From positions 293,143-357,142 of the forward strand of contig NMRA01000156.1 in NCBI GenBank assembly GCA_002633005.1: a stretch of 64,000 nucleotides of DNA. Reading direction: 5' to 3'. A program made the position numbers and the translations under genes. Positions 62,266 to 64,000 of the stretch are shown in pieces (the stretch's first letter is position 1; every line of letters begins with the position of its first letter). The notes beneath the pieces were generated by a model, which was not told the DNA's origin, made no database searches, and worked only from the letters and a program-made list of their open reading frames with translations. Source of the DNA: Phoronis australis. Lineage: Eukaryota > Animalia > Phoronida.

Positions 62266-63325
62266 CTATACGCTTCCTCCTCTTTTAAGTAGTCCAAAAC
62301 ACTCTCTTTGGTAACATGGATATCAAGGCGGCGGAGTGATACCATTTGTCGCGTCTTTTTATCAACCTGCTTGGTGGTGTCAACCTGTTTGAGACAGAAC
62401 GCCTGAAACAATGTTGAATACACGCCTTTGCAAATGCTCGATACATTCTCCGGCCATTCTATGTAGGTCCAATCAATGTCGATTTTATCTCGAAGAAGGC
62501 AGGTGACGCGAAAGTGTGTGAGAATGTTTTTGTAGAACTCAAACAACTTTTTCATTGGTTCATAGAATTTCACATACTCGTTAGCCTCGCGTTGATCGTC
62601 CCGTAGACTCTGCACCTGCGCCATGTCCGCTTCGATTTGCCGCGGCACTACATCTTTAAGCTGCTGTATACATGAGTAAGCCGGCTGAAGCTGGTCCTTT
62701 ACATATTTCTTCAATTCTTTAGATTCAGCGTAAACCTTAAAGTCTTTTTCGGTTCGTTTAACGAGATATTCTATGGGATTTTTCGCATAAGTTTCGAAAC
62801 GGCTCTCGTCTCTAACGGACAGAATTCTGTCCTTTGCCACCAAACCGCCGTAAACAGGAAACACGACAACGGCTGCTAATACGGCAACCGGAACTAAAAT
62901 TGGACTGGCTACACCTAGCGCAATCTTGTGGCCAAGTTTCAAATTGAAATCATATGGTATGAACGGATCATTTTCACTGATGTTCGTTTCCTCCTCCTCT
63001 TGGAATGGCTTATCAGACAACGCCAGGATATCATGCCTAGCGATCATATTTTCTACCAAATTTAGTTGATTCTCAATGCCAATGAACTGTTTCTGAAAGT
63101 CTTCAATCAAGCGCGGTCTCTGGGAGTTAAAGAAGCCTTCCCTCGTCTCCCAGGCATTCAGTGCGTCCTGGATCCTTTTAGCCATGGCGTCTGTAATGGC
63201 CAGGTTTAGATGTGGCCAATTGGTCGACATTGGGACGTCGGCCTGGTACCAGACCTGAGCTTTCTCGATAACATCAGGCTGCTTGAAGTACTGCCTTAAA
63301 TGAGACGTTGCTTTATCCACTTTCT
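62266..63325 (-). CDS. Kinase-fold gene, large internal exon: helical region, hydrophobic hairpin, helical region and kinase N-lobe (DSTYK-like architecture)
   Basis: 357-codon ORF; acceptor TTTCCAG|, donor TAG|GTATG, phase 2, matching the next exon; hydrophobic IALGVASPILVPVAVLAAVVVFPVYGGLV; ICKGVYSTLF (G-loop-like), MVSLRRL, YLKEEEAY. Upstream exons lie outside the window. Confidence 0.88.
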
Positions 63326-64000
63326 CTGGAAAGAAATTAAAGATTCTTATTCTGCTTAATTTTAATTAAATAGGAATTTATAGTTATCAAGGGATACAGT
63401 TTCGACATGACATCATTTTTTCAAAATAAACATAATGTAAAGAAGCTTTGAATTTGTTGTAGTGCACCAACAAACTGACAGCAAACCATGGGAATGTCAA
63501 TGACAATAAGAATCCAAGCTGTACTTTATGATGGCTTCTGTTTTAGTGATAATTTCAATTGACAAGACTTAAGTATTTTCTGAGATGGTGAAGAAAAAAA
63601 AAACAGAACACAGAAAAGAATGAACCCCGTGCTACATTAGATATTTGATGAAACAGGACACAAATCAGGGACGGATCTACACTTTTCCACGGGAAACTAG
63701 GCAGCAAGCTCGTCGCATAGAGACCTATAGAGAGGCGTATCCATTGTTCACTTTCCTTCTTATAATAAAAATAATGGTAAGCATTTATCGGTTACCGTAT
63801 GATGTGCTCAGTCCAAGATACGATATCTGTGCCACCTGTATTGGTATATCCAACAAAGACGCAACAAAGGAAATCAATGGTAGTGTCCCATAGTCGATAA
63901 CCATGCGACGCGCTTACGCCCGTCGCATGGATCTCGCAAGTTCAACAATAGCTTGCGACCTCCATACAACGTCATTTGGCATGGATCAGAGATGGGAAAA

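Overview
AT-rich, intron-containing eukaryotic (animal) DNA; the repeat types suggest a marine invertebrate, probably a lophotrochozoan, but the species cannot be determined here. Most ORFs in the supplied track are spurious. Three host genes can be partly reconstructed from splice signals. (1) The first coding exon of a PDE7-like cAMP phosphodiesterase (minus strand, 21205-21345), recognised by the PDE7A1-type N-terminus MEVC...LPLD..VP..VL.RRGAISFSS; it is followed by more than 20 kb of apparent intron containing a candidate alternative first exon. (2) A TMEM272-like membrane protein with four coding exons and an unusually long polar N-terminus (plus strand, 39285-45747). (3) The last three exons of a helical/membrane-hairpin plus kinase-fold protein (minus strand, 56177-63325) whose catalytic motifs are degenerate, so it is probably a pseudokinase. 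The rest is rich in transposon relics: three Penelope-like inverted-repeat insertions carrying minimal hammerhead-ribozyme motifs (one next to an antisense tRNA-like sequence), a Helentron/HINE-like element carrying about 11 co-oriented CTCF-like motifs, an Academ-like transposase relic, a Gypsy integrase plus LTR, a gag relic with an intact -1 frameshift signal, a THAP relic, a foldback element, MITEs and microsatellites. Two tandem duplications abut single-N gaps and are probably assembly artefacts. No prokaryotic-type system such as CRISPR or an operon is present. All family assignments rest on motif recognition, not database searches.
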